DNA of 64,000 bases from a virus (lineage: Duplodnaviria > Caudoviricetes), in IMG/VR virus record IMGVR_UViG_3300033120_000387, positions 36,108 to 100,107 of that record. The stretch is one strand, 5' to 3'. Position 1 is the first letter of the stretch. Each line of letters begins with the position of its first letter. The notes under the pieces were generated by a model that saw only the letters and a list, made by a program, of their open reading frames with translations, was not told the origin of the DNA and did no database searches. The translations under genes and the position numbers were made by a program. Of this stretch, positions 10,402-19,144 are shown piece after piece.

Positions 10402-11571
10402 ATGGAGGTCAGGAACATTAAAAGATACGGAAACATATATGAGAAAATATATGATATAGAAAACTTAAAACTCGCACATAAAAATGCGAGAAAAGATAAG
10501 ACCTGCTATAAAGAAGTTAAAATGGTGGATGCTAACGAAGATTATTATTTAAGTGAGATTCAGAAGATGCTTAAAAAAGAAACTTATGAAGTTAGCACAT
10601 ATGAAATTTCAGTGATAAATGACAAAGGTAAAGAAAGAGAATTATGTAAATTACCTTACTATCCAGACAGAATTATTCAATGGGCTATCATGTTACAGGT
10701 TGAGCATATATTCATGCAGGTGTTTACAACATTCACCTGCGCTTCAATAAAGGGTAGAGGTATTCATAAAGCTTCATCTTTGTTAGATAAATATATGAAA
10801 GATAAAGAAGGTACTAAATATTGCTTAAAGGTTGATATTAGTAAGTTCTATCCAAACATTAACCATAGTATCTTAAAAAGATTGATACGAAAGAAATTCA
10901 AGGATAAAAGATTACTTAGTATTTTAGATAAAATAATAGAAAGTACTCCAGAAAATAAAGGTGTCCCAATAGGTTCATATTTATCTCAGTTTCTTGCAAA
11001 CTTCTATTTAGCATATTTGGACCATTGGCTAAAAGAGGTAAAGAGAGTTAAGTATGTTGTTAGATATATGGATGATATAGTTATTCTACATCATTCGAAA
11101 GAATATTTACACCAATTAAAACGGGAAATGGATATATACTTGGATAATGAACTCAAGTTAAAAATCAAAGATAATTGGCAGGTGTTCCCAACCGCAATTA
11201 GAGGTATAGACTTTGTAGGTTATAGACATTTCTATGGTTACAAATTATTAAGAAAATCTACTTGTAAAAGATTTAAGAAACAAATGCCAAAAATTAGAAA
11301 GAAATGTAGCCAAGGTCATAAATTAAATTATTCAGAATGGTGTTCAGCTAATTCTTATAAGGGGTGGTTAATATGGTGCAGTAGTTATAGATTAAGTAAA
11401 AAATACATTGACCCTATTCAAACTTATTTAGATGAATATTATCAAAAGCAAATTAAAGAAAGGGAGGTAATGCCTTATGAAAGACATGGGAATAGTACAA
11501 GGTTCTGTCGCGCAAGCGCAACCTATAATAATAAACAAAGACACAGTATATGTGCATACAAACATCGTTAA
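10402..11571 (+). CDS. DGR reverse transcriptase (start ATG 10402 or ATT 10417)
   Basis: KRYGNIYEKI N-terminus, PYYPDRIIQWA, KVDISKFYP, GVPIGSYLSQ (DGR-type SQ motif), YMDD, GIDFVGY. Confidence 0.95.
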   Translation: MEVRNIKRYGNIYEKIYDIENLKLAHKNARKDKTCYKEVKMVDANEDYYLSEIQKMLKKETYEVSTYEISVINDKGKERELCKLPYYPDRIIQWAIMLQVEHIFMQVFTTFTCASIKGRGIHKASSLLDKYMKDKEGTKYCLKVDISKFYPNINHSILKRLIRKKFKDKRLLSILDKIIESTPENKGVPIGSYLSQFLANFYLAYLDHWLKEVKRVKYVVRYMDDIVILHHSKEYLHQLKREMDIYLDNELKLKIKDNWQVFPTAIRGIDFVGYRHFYGYKLLRKSTCKRFKKQMPKIRKKCSQGHKLNYSEWCSANSYKGWLIWCSSYRLSKKYIDPIQTYLDEYYQKQIKEREVMPYERHGNSTRFCRASATYNNKQRHSICAYKHR

Positions 11572-11728
11572 AATAGCAAAAGATAATCAAGGTAAGCCTG
11601 TGGATAATTTATATCAATACAACGAGGTGCAATATGATAAAGATGAGTATATTAATTTAACAGTTGAAAAAATAAATTCACAGCAAACAATAATTGACGA
11701 TATCTTAGTAGCAATGGTGGAGGTGTAA
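11477..11728 (+). CDS. Small tail-fibre-associated protein (XkdW-like, putative chaperone)
   Basis: GGGAGG RBS. Typical of small genes between a fibre gene and XkdX. Overlaps the RT 3' end. Confidence 0.5.
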   Translation: MKDMGIVQGSVAQAQPIIINKDTVYVHTNIVKIAKDNQGKPVDNLYQYNEVQYDKDEYINLTVEKINSQQTIIDDILVAMVEV

Positions 11729-11729
11729 A

Positions 11730-11885
11730 ATGAGCGCAACAGCAAATGCTTATAAGAATTTATATGATAAAGAGAGAGTAGATAAAGTCGGACTTCGTAG
11801 AGCAGTTATGAGAAAACTTATAACAGCAGAAGAATACCAAGAAATAACAGGTGAAGTTTACAATATAGATAATCAGGAGGTATAA
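11730..11885 (+). CDS. XkdX family protein (51 aa; absent from the ORF track)
   Basis: Manual translation: MSATANAYKNLYDKERVDKVGLRRAVMRKLITAEEYQEITGEVYNIDNQEV. ITxEEYxEITG is the XkdX signature. Confidence 0.8.
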   Translation: MSATANAYKNLYDKERVDKVGLRRAVMRKLITAEEYQEITGEVYNIDNQEV

Positions 11886-11886
11886 T

Positions 11887-13050
11887 ATGACTACATCAGC
11901 AAAACAGCAAGATTTAGATAGGCAATTGCCTTTAATGGGTGTGGATAGATGGCGCAATCAAAACTACAATAAGCGCACTATAAATGTATGGAATATAGAA
12001 AATGATGCAGGACATGGTGCTTGCACAGGTCAAATTGTACTTGATGTTAATCCATATGCTAATGTGTATTTTGGCGCAATAAGTGGATTATTCGACAGTG
12101 AAAAAATCTTAGATTTAACAGTACATGATGATAAAAATGGGATTGACTTTAAGGGAGTTTCGGCAATAGAAGATTTTATAAAAAAGTATAACATAGATAT
12201 AATAACATCATCTCAAAAAGGCTTTACACATTGCAAGGAGTGGAATGATTTATGGGTTGAATTAGTAAAAAAATACAATCTTGTAATTTGTCAGTGTGCG
12301 GCTAATGAAGGGTATAATCCAGAAGATAGCAAAGATACAACAGACGCAAAATTCCCGACTGAAATATCTCATGTTGTAGCCGCCTTAGAATATATAAATT
12401 ATGCAAGTGGTGCTGTAATACAAAGAGCAAATTATTCAAGCGTAGGCGAGGATTTAGATTTTGCACAACTTGTATTATGGTATAGTGGCACATCAGCGGC
12501 AACTCCCGCATTAGCAGGTCAAGTAAGTATGATTATGCAAAGATATGGTAAAATGAGTTTGCAAGAATCTCATCAATATCTTAAAATGATATCCACAGAT
12601 TTAGATATAAAAGGGCATGATAAATTTACAGGTTGGGGTATGCCAGTATTGCCTAATTGGGATAAAAAATATATCACAATGACAACTAAAAGTAATACTT
12701 ATTATGTTGATGGTGAAGCCAAAACAATGGACACAAAACCTATAAATAAAGAAGGTAGAATATTCGTGCCTATACGAGTAATATCTGAGTCATTGGGCGC
12801 AGAAGTTCAATGGGAATTTAATGCCGACAAATCCATAAAAGTTACTATCACAAAGGGCAATAACATCATAGTTTTAAATACAGGTAATGAAATAGCATAT
12901 ATAAATGGCAAGAAAATATACATTGATGTTGCGCCATTTATAGACAGCAACAATCGTACACTTGTACCAATTAGGTTTTTGGCTGAGTGCCTAAATTGTA
13001 GAGTAGATTGGATTCAGTCAGAAGCTAAGGTTCAAATATTGGAGGTGTAA
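11887..13050 (+). CDS. S8 subtilisin-like peptidase fused to a copper-amine-oxidase N-terminal (stalk) domain
   Basis: GHG, AANEG and SGTSAATP motifs. C-terminal GRIFVPIRVISESLGAEVQW / NRTLVPIRFLAECL. Confidence 0.8.
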   Translation: MTTSAKQQDLDRQLPLMGVDRWRNQNYNKRTINVWNIENDAGHGACTGQIVLDVNPYANVYFGAISGLFDSEKILDLTVHDDKNGIDFKGVSAIEDFIKKYNIDIITSSQKGFTHCKEWNDLWVELVKKYNLVICQCAANEGYNPEDSKDTTDAKFPTEISHVVAALEYINYASGAVIQRANYSSVGEDLDFAQLVLWYSGTSAATPALAGQVSMIMQRYGKMSLQESHQYLKMISTDLDIKGHDKFTGWGMPVLPNWDKKYITMTTKSNTYYVDGEAKTMDTKPINKEGRIFVPIRVISESLGAEVQWEFNADKSIKVTITKGNNIIVLNTGNEIAYINGKKIYIDVAPFIDSNNRTLVPIRFLAECLNCRVDWIQSEAKVQILEV

Positions 13051-13051
13051 T

Positions 13052-13681
13052 ATGGCTATTATATTTAATAGTCTGCCTGTCAAACCTTTAAGAATAACAA
13101 GTTATTACGGTAAAAGGAATACTAATATAAGTGGGGCATCTACTTTTCATGAAGGAATAGATTTAGGTTACAATAAATCTCTATCCCAAACCCCTATATT
13201 ATCTGTGGTAAGTGGTACGGTGTCTGATAATTATTGGAACGACTATCGGGGTTGGGTTATTGTTATAAATCATGGAGAATTTAAAACGCTATATCAGCAT
13301 TTAAAATCTCAATCACCTTTAAAAAAGGGCGATAAAGTTACCACAGGACAGCAAATAGGCATAATGGGTGATAGTAGTAATCCAAATAAATTAAACATAT
13401 CGACTCATTTACATTTTGAATTGATATATAATAATGAAAGCATTAACCCCTTGTATTATTTAAGAAATATAAAGGAGGTGGAAGATTTGACAAGAGAGGA
13501 AACGATAGCACTAATCAAAGAAATATTAGCATCACAAGATGTTAAGGCGTCAGATTGGGCGAAAAAATATTGGACACAAGCAACATCTGAAGGATTAGTT
13601 GACGGCACTCGACCAAGAGGATATCTTACAAGAGAGGAAATGGTTAAAGTGTTGTTGACGGAAAGGAGTAAAAGGAAATGA
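13052..13681 (+). CDS. Endolysin, M23 peptidase with C-terminal SLH-like binding segment
   Basis: HEGID, TLYQHL and THLHFE motifs. C-terminal SDWAK..W...GLVDGTRP..TREE. Confidence 0.85.
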   Translation: MAIIFNSLPVKPLRITSYYGKRNTNISGASTFHEGIDLGYNKSLSQTPILSVVSGTVSDNYWNDYRGWVIVINHGEFKTLYQHLKSQSPLKKGDKVTTGQQIGIMGDSSNPNKLNISTHLHFELIYNNESINPLYYLRNIKEVEDLTREETIALIKEILASQDVKASDWAKKYWTQATSEGLVDGTRPRGYLTREEMVKVLLTERSKRK

Positions 13682-14037
13682 TAGAGCAAATAGTAACAAA
13701 TTTAATATGGGTAGGTTATGCTATGGGGATATTATCTATAGCATGGCTATCTAATTTTGTGCTTAGTATATATTGTAATATAAAAGTGCTGAATGAGTTA
13801 TTTGATATAAAAAGAATGATTAGCGGCATTGAAAAGCTATTAGCATTATGTATAGGCATAGGTCTTTTAAGCCTTGTAATCACCGTATTTCCTATTTATA
13901 TGGCATATGTAGGCATTCCTATTGCCGAAGAATATATAAGCGTTTTTAGCATAGGTACAATAGTCGTTTTGTTCGGTAATAGTACGATAAAGTATACTAC
14001 ACAAGCATATAATACCTTGAAGGACATTTTGAAGTAG
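13678..14037 (+). CDS. Holin
   Basis: 119 aa with about three hydrophobic segments, overlapping the endolysin stop. Confidence 0.7.
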   Translation: MIEQIVTNLIWVGYAMGILSIAWLSNFVLSIYCNIKVLNELFDIKRMISGIEKLLALCIGIGLLSLVITVFPIYMAYVGIPIAEEYISVFSIGTIVVLFGNSTIKYTTQAYNTLKDILK

Positions 14038-14049
14038 CATTAAATATTT

Positions 14050-14089
14050 AAAGGGGAGTAGATTCTTAATTGAGTCTACTCCCCTTTTT
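14050..14089. terminator. Bidirectional terminator between convergent late and early blocks
   Basis: aaaggggagtagattc-ttaatt-gagtctactcccctttt. Confidence 0.85.
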
Positions 14090-14106
14090 ACTTTTTATAT
14101 CAGTAT

Positions 14107-14319
14107 TTATTCCTCATCTTTTTCAAAATCTCTCTCTAACGCTTCTAATCGTTTGATTTCATTCCACAATTTTATCTTTTTTTCTTGTAAAATAGATAAA
14201 ATTGTGTCCAAGCTAACAGAAGTAATAGAATTTTTAGGGTTATTGTGATAATCGTCTATTTCACAATATGCTTCAACACAACTATTATATGCTTCTTCTA
14301 CCATTTGTTTTGTAAACAT
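14107..14319 (-). CDS. Hypothetical protein
   Basis: ORF with GAGGTG RBS, in operon. Confidence 0.6.
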   Translation of the reverse strand: MFTKQMVEEAYNSCVEAYCEIDDYHNNPKNSITSVSLDTILSILQEKKIKLWNEIKRLEALERDFEKDEE

Positions 14320-14335
14320 TAATTTTTCACCTCAT

Positions 14336-14860
14336 TTACTTTCCACTTGCACCCAAGCAACCATCTCCACGCTTACTAGGTATTGCTTGAATTTCCTCAT
14401 ATGTATATTCCTCAATGTCAGCAAAGGGAACAGATAATAATAGTGCTTGACAAATTGCCTTTTCGTAAGGATATGATATATAGTTAGAATTAAGTGTTCT
14501 TATTCCGAAATATTCAATACCATCATAAGCATTAGAATACTCTTTTTTTATAATTAGTATAGGTTTGTTATTGTGATTAGTGAGGGGTACAAACCACTCC
14601 CCACGATACCCTGAATCTATAATTCCTGACCTTTGACCTATTCCTTTAGTTCCAGTTGAGCCTCTTTCTTTTAAGACTATAACATAATCAGTATCAAAAG
14701 CACTACATATTCCTGTAGGTATCATTTTAGTTTCATGTGGTGGGATAATCATATAATCCTCATCAAAACAAGGATAAATATCATATCCTGCATTTTCTAA
14801 ATCTTTACTAGGAATAATCGCTCCCTCTCTAATCTTGGCAAATTTAACTGTTGTTATCAT
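14336..14860 (-). CDS. dut: Trimeric dUTPase
   Basis: AGYDI, ERGS, GIIDSGYRGE, ICQAL and RGDGCLGASG motifs. Confidence 0.92.
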   Translation of the reverse strand: MITTVKFAKIREGAIIPSKDLENAGYDIYPCFDEDYMIIPPHETKMIPTGICSAFDTDYVIVLKERGSTGTKGIGQRSGIIDSGYRGEWFVPLTNHNNKPILIIKKEYSNAYDGIEYFGIRTLNSNYISYPYEKAICQALLLSVPFADIEEYTYEEIQAIPSKRGDGCLGASGK

Positions 14861-15414
14861 TTTTTACCTTTTCTCCTTTTTAATAATTGTATTAACTTAT
14901 AAACCTCATCTAAATTATATACCCTATTTATGTTTTTGTCAACATATTTTTCATTATGTGGTCGTGTATATAATATTTTATCGAAATCACCTTTTGCAAG
15001 ATTGTGATATCCATCATCTACTAAACAATCTATGTTTAATAATGACTTATCATTTATCTGTATGATTTGTTCATATTTTATAAACGGAAACAAAACATGA
15101 AATCTTTCAAATTTAGATTTAGGTGTGGTTGGACAAGTTGCTGTTACTATATATAATTCAATATCTTCATCATTTTGTAATAATTGGAGAAACTCTTTTG
15201 CCCCTTGCGTTGGTTTAACATTTTCCCATAGTCTATCCCATGATAAAAAAGAGTATATGATTGATTTATGTTCATCGGGAATAAATAATGATATATCCCA
15301 ATCGGTAATATCTTGTTGATATAATGGCTCTTTGGCAATTTTGTTATAACACTTTAGCCACTGTTCTAAAGTTTCAAATAATACATCATCTAAATCTATG
15401 CCTACTTTATAAAT
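14857..15414 (-). CDS. 5'(3')-deoxyribonucleotidase (HAD, NT5C-like), ATT start
   Basis: Frame is open from 15414 (IYKVGIDLDDVL...VTAT...K...LVDDG). GGAGGT lies 6 nt before the ATT. The ORF track shows only the last 78 aa. Confidence 0.8.
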   Translation of the reverse strand: MYKVGIDLDDVLFETLEQWLKCYNKIAKEPLYQQDITDWDISLFIPDEHKSIIYSFLSWDRLWENVKPTQGAKEFLQLLQNDEDIELYIVTATCPTTPKSKFERFHVLFPFIKYEQIIQINDKSLLNIDCLVDDGYHNLAKGDFDKILYTRPHNEKYVDKNINRVYNLDEVYKLIQLLKRRKGKK

Positions 15415-15527
15415 ATTAACACCTCCTTTTATTAGTGTTTTTAGGGTAAATTGAGGGTAAATTAGCGACTTTATATCAATGTCGATAGATTAGTCAATAA
15501 AGGATATAAAGTCGCTTAAAATTGTCT

Positions 15528-16163
15528 TTATTTATCTTTTTCTTCTATAACACACCCATCTTTTTCAAGCACAACAATATCACAGCTTTGACTAATATAG
15601 GTATCGTTTTTACAAGCTAATAATATTGCGGTCTGAATTAAACTAACTGCATCGTCACGCTCCATTTTACCAAAATATTCATCTACGGTACAATCATCAT
15701 CTATTTCAATTGTATTCAATAATCCCATAACCATATCTTCGCCACAACCGATAACTGACCAGTTTGGCATTTCTATAACTCCAAAATCACTCATTATAGT
15801 ATAAATATTGTTGTTAGTGGCATAAATAAAACAATTATCTGATGATATAGTGCCGTCTGTATTACGATGTAACACATGATTATCATTTAGATGTTGTATC
15901 AAATTAGGAATTATAACACTTGACATATAAGACAAATCAACCTCAACATCATCTAATATATCTTTATATTCCATAAATTCATCTTTGACCGACATAAGGT
16001 TGACAGCTCTTAGTGTGCCAACAGTTCCAATAGCATGATTTGTATATGTGGTTGTTATAATTTTAGTGCAATTATCATAAGATAATCTACCTTTATATGT
16101 GGCTCTATTGTCTGAACCTATAACTACTCCATTTTTATATCTTACTGCTACTACTATACTCAT
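15528..16163 (-). CDS. Ntn-hydrolase, proteasome beta/HslV-like protein
   Basis: N-terminal MSIVVAV..K.GVVIGSD.R.T, KI, and IGCG motifs. Confidence 0.6.
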   Translation of the reverse strand: MSIVVAVRYKNGVVIGSDNRATYKGRLSYDNCTKIITTTYTNHAIGTVGTLRAVNLMSVKDEFMEYKDILDDVEVDLSYMSSVIIPNLIQHLNDNHVLHRNTDGTISSDNCFIYATNNNIYTIMSDFGVIEMPNWSVIGCGEDMVMGLLNTIEIDDDCTVDEYFGKMERDDAVSLIQTAILLACKNDTYISQSCDIVVLEKDGCVIEEKDK

Positions 16164-16646
16164 TTAACTTATCCTCTCTGCATATTGATTATCGCTAATT
16201 AACTCGACCCCTAATACCTTATCATAATGCGGTTTGTTGCCTTGTTTATATCTGCCAAATTTTATAACGATATTAGGTACTTGTTTAAGTTGCATTAGAT
16301 ATAATTCAAGTTCGTTGGGGTAATACCCTGTATATATAACAATATCATCCATACATCCATTCGAACGAATGTGGTATATTAAACTCATGACTTCATCAAA
16401 TTGGTCAAAGGGTTCAAAACCTGCAATGACTATGGCTTTAGTGATAGGATTGTTGATGTACATATTATATATCTGCTCGTTAGATATATCTATATTAGGC
16501 TGTTGAGCCAAAGGGGAATTTTGACATACGGATATATCATATCCCCCTTCAGTACAACATTTGAATGTGCAAGTAGATGTAGATATAAACATAGAGGGGA
16601 GTTTATAATTAGTAAAGTCCTCGACTACTATTGTTTTTAATATCAT
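16164..16646 (-). CDS. nrdG: Anaerobic ribonucleotide reductase activase
   Basis: Radical-SAM-like Cys cluster, G.EPF, IYTGY, KFGRY, SDNQ. Adjacent to nrdD. Confidence 0.8.
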   Translation of the reverse strand: MILKTIVVEDFTNYKLPSMFISTSTCTFKCCTEGGYDISVCQNSPLAQQPNIDISNEQIYNMYINNPITKAIVIAGFEPFDQFDEVMSLIYHIRSNGCMDDIVIYTGYYPNELELYLMQLKQVPNIVIKFGRYKQGNKPHYDKVLGVELISDNQYAERIS

Positions 16647-18566
16647 CTAAATACCACCTAACATATCAGCATATTCATACCATTGACGAGTATCAAATTC
16701 TTTAAACCTATCTTTTGAGTAAGAACGAGTAGGCACAAGGTAGCCCACTATACGCTGGTAAGTATCATATACTCCCTCTCCGCACACAGGACAAGATTTT
16801 GTTCCTACAAAACCATGATGATTTATACATTCGTTAATACGAGTGTTGAAAGCAAAATACATAACTCCATTTTGCGCTATATAGTTTAACATATCCCATG
16901 CTGAGTCTTTGTCGGGGAAGTTTGAGTCTATATTTATGTGGGCTATTGCACCACCTGAACACTTCTTATCTAAGATAGAACTAAGTCGAATTTTTTCTTG
17001 TATTGTGCATTTTTCCGACAAAGGAATCCATTGATTCGAATAAATAAATTTATCTTTTTTATCATATAACAGATTATCTTTTTGACATAAAATAACTGCG
17101 GCTCTCTCAGCAGGAACGCTCTCTATGTTGAAACTATATTCATCTGTAAAATTATCTTTTACTTCATTTAGAATCTTAAATATTTTACTTGCCAAATCAA
17201 TTCCCTTGTCATCATAAGATTTATATCCTAACTCATCAACACTGATAAAACCAAATGCTTCAACTACTTCATACAAACCTAAGATTCCAACAGTACAATA
17301 TTGTTTAGACATTTCTATACCACCATCTTGATAGTTGTGAAGCAGTCCTTTTTCGATATTGCGAGTTATAATGTGTCTAATACAATCCAATGTTTTACAA
17401 CATAATTCAGTTCGTTTTTTAAGTAATGAGAGATACTTCTTTTCATCGCCATCTACCTCATAATAAATACGCATAAGATTTATAGTATTTACTTTAATAG
17501 AACCAATTGATAAAGCTGTACCACCTATTGAATTGATAAAAGCATCAAGTTTAGAGGAATCAGATAAGAGTCTACAACAATTACTCAAAACTCCTACATT
17601 ATCGCTTATAAAGAAATTACTGTCATTCCATTTAGTATTATGGTCGGAACACCATCTTGCAAACTCAACATCTTGAAACTCTTTATCTTTATAAAGCAGA
17701 GAATATGTCAATACAGGAAATGTAAACATATTTTCAGTTCGAATATCAGAGACAGTTTCCATAAATACTTTTTGATGTTCAATTAATTCATTTACATTAT
17801 CTATTACAAAAGAACCATCGGGATATTCTACACCTCCAAATAATGCTTCGATATAGTGTCTATCAAATATAGAAACATTTACAAATGCTGTTTGGTCAAT
17901 ACGCATAAATGGCTGATTAAGGCGATATATCAATTTTTGAAAACTTTGTCTAATGTAATAATCTTTATCTTGTATTAGATAGTTAGTATCACAATCCTTT
18001 TTCCAAAAATAATAAGTCCATATAAGTATATTGGGAATACCAACAGCACCTGAACTTCTGTTACTCATATAAGATATGTATTCGATAACATCATCTATAA
18101 AAGTAGTCAAATGTTTTGGTGGCTGTGCATTATAGTTGTTAAGGAAAAATAATCCTTCGGTAGCCAAACGGGTCAAATCGTATGCAAAACAATATGGAAA
18201 AAAAGAAGTAGTTGGAAAATCATGTAAATAAAACCCTCCGTTATATTCAGTCTTAAACCACTCTTTAGCCGCTTTTAATCCATATTTTTTTTTCATTTCG
18301 TAGAATATTTTATTAGCTACTATGATTTTGTCAATAGATTTTCCCTTTTCACTCATCAGACTACGAATATCTTTGGTAGAAGCATTAGCATTGGCATCTA
18401 TTGTGACATCAGCCACATTTTTATCTACAAATCCATCTATGAAATCAGAAAAATTTAACTGCGATTCATGAAATCCATTGAGTATTTCAAAATCCTCTCC
18501 ATACTCATTAGACATTTTTATAAATTCTTTTTCAAAATCTTTGTTCATTTTTAAATTTATTTCCAC
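16647..18566 (-). CDS. nrdD: Class III anaerobic ribonucleotide reductase (no ATP cone)
   Basis: YLHD..PYC, SNCCRL, E.VPAE, C-terminal zinc site and RIVGYL glycyl-radical motif. Confidence 0.93.
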   Translation of the reverse strand: MEINLKMNKDFEKEFIKMSNEYGEDFEILNGFHESQLNFSDFIDGFVDKNVADVTIDANANASTKDIRSLMSEKGKSIDKIIVANKIFYEMKKKYGLKAAKEWFKTEYNGGFYLHDFPTTSFFPYCFAYDLTRLATEGLFFLNNYNAQPPKHLTTFIDDVIEYISYMSNRSSGAVGIPNILIWTYYFWKKDCDTNYLIQDKDYYIRQSFQKLIYRLNQPFMRIDQTAFVNVSIFDRHYIEALFGGVEYPDGSFVIDNVNELIEHQKVFMETVSDIRTENMFTFPVLTYSLLYKDKEFQDVEFARWCSDHNTKWNDSNFFISDNVGVLSNCCRLLSDSSKLDAFINSIGGTALSIGSIKVNTINLMRIYYEVDGDEKKYLSLLKKRTELCCKTLDCIRHIITRNIEKGLLHNYQDGGIEMSKQYCTVGILGLYEVVEAFGFISVDELGYKSYDDKGIDLASKIFKILNEVKDNFTDEYSFNIESVPAERAAVILCQKDNLLYDKKDKFIYSNQWIPLSEKCTIQEKIRLSSILDKKCSGGAIAHINIDSNFPDKDSAWDMLNYIAQNGVMYFAFNTRINECINHHGFVGTKSCPVCGEGVYDTYQRIVGYLVPTRSYSKDRFKEFDTRQWYEYADMLGGI

Positions 18567-18784
18567 TACTCACCACTCCTTTCATTAACCCATCTAACAG
18601 CTTCGCCATATTCCATAAACTTTCCATCTACTTCTAACATAGGAGCACTCATATATCCTTGTGCCATAATAGATTTTACAGCATTTTTGCCGTCTATAGT
18701 TTTATATTCAATTTTTTTATCTTTTAGTTTTTTTTCTAAAATAGTGCATTGAGTACAGTGGGTTGTATATAATGTTATTGTCAT
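18566..18784 (-). CDS. Glutaredoxin/NrdH-like protein
   Basis: LYTTHCTQC and SAPMLEVDG. ATG at 18784 after GGAGG. Confidence 0.8.
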   Translation of the reverse strand: MTITLYTTHCTQCTILEKKLKDKKIEYKTIDGKNAVKSIMAQGYMSAPMLEVDGKFMEYGEAVRWVNERSGE

Positions 18785-18792
18785 AATCCCTC

Positions 18793-19092
18793 CTATACAA
18801 TTCTGCACCAAAAGAGGCGTTCATCAGAAAGTGGTGTATTTTCATTAATTGAAAAATTTACACAAAAGTTTTCTCCATATTCCTTGTTGTAAGCTTTTAC
18901 TAAAGTATCAACATGACTAATAGCATTATTAATCTCTGCCCTCTTGTCTATCTTCTCTTTTTCCTTTAGTTCTACAGCTTTAATCTTAGCTTTTTCTAAA
19001 CACTCGTTTTCACACTTGTTGCGTTCTGCTACTGTAGGGTGTGACTTGTAACATAAACCACACACATAAGTATTTTTCTTTTTGCCATCCAT
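18793..19092 (-). CDS. Hypothetical protein (CxxC, coiled coil)
   Basis: ORF with RBS. Confidence 0.6.
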   Translation of the reverse strand: MDGKKKNTYVCGLCYKSHPTVAERNKCENECLEKAKIKAVELKEKEKIDKRAEINNAISHVDTLVKAYNKEYGENFCVNFSINENTPLSDERLFWCRIV

Positions 19093-19144
19093 TTTTATTA
19101 TACTTCCTTTCTTATTTTTTTATATCTTAATCGTTATAACGATG

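Larger units (their letters stand above)
8670..11571 (+). mobile_element. Diversity-generating retroelement (target-VR, TR, RT)
   Basis: 144-bp VR/TR pair differing only at TR adenines, next to a DGR-type RT. Confidence 0.97.

Noticed and set aside
10357-11571. RT as group II intron, retron or Abi RT
   Set aside because: The adjacent adenine-specific TR/VR pair and SQ motif indicate a DGR. No intron domains or endonuclease are seen.
14857-15338. Nucleotidase as a split pseudogene (ORFs 14857-15093 and 15147-15338)
   Set aside because: One frame is open from 15414. ORF 15147-15338 is an off-frame shadow.
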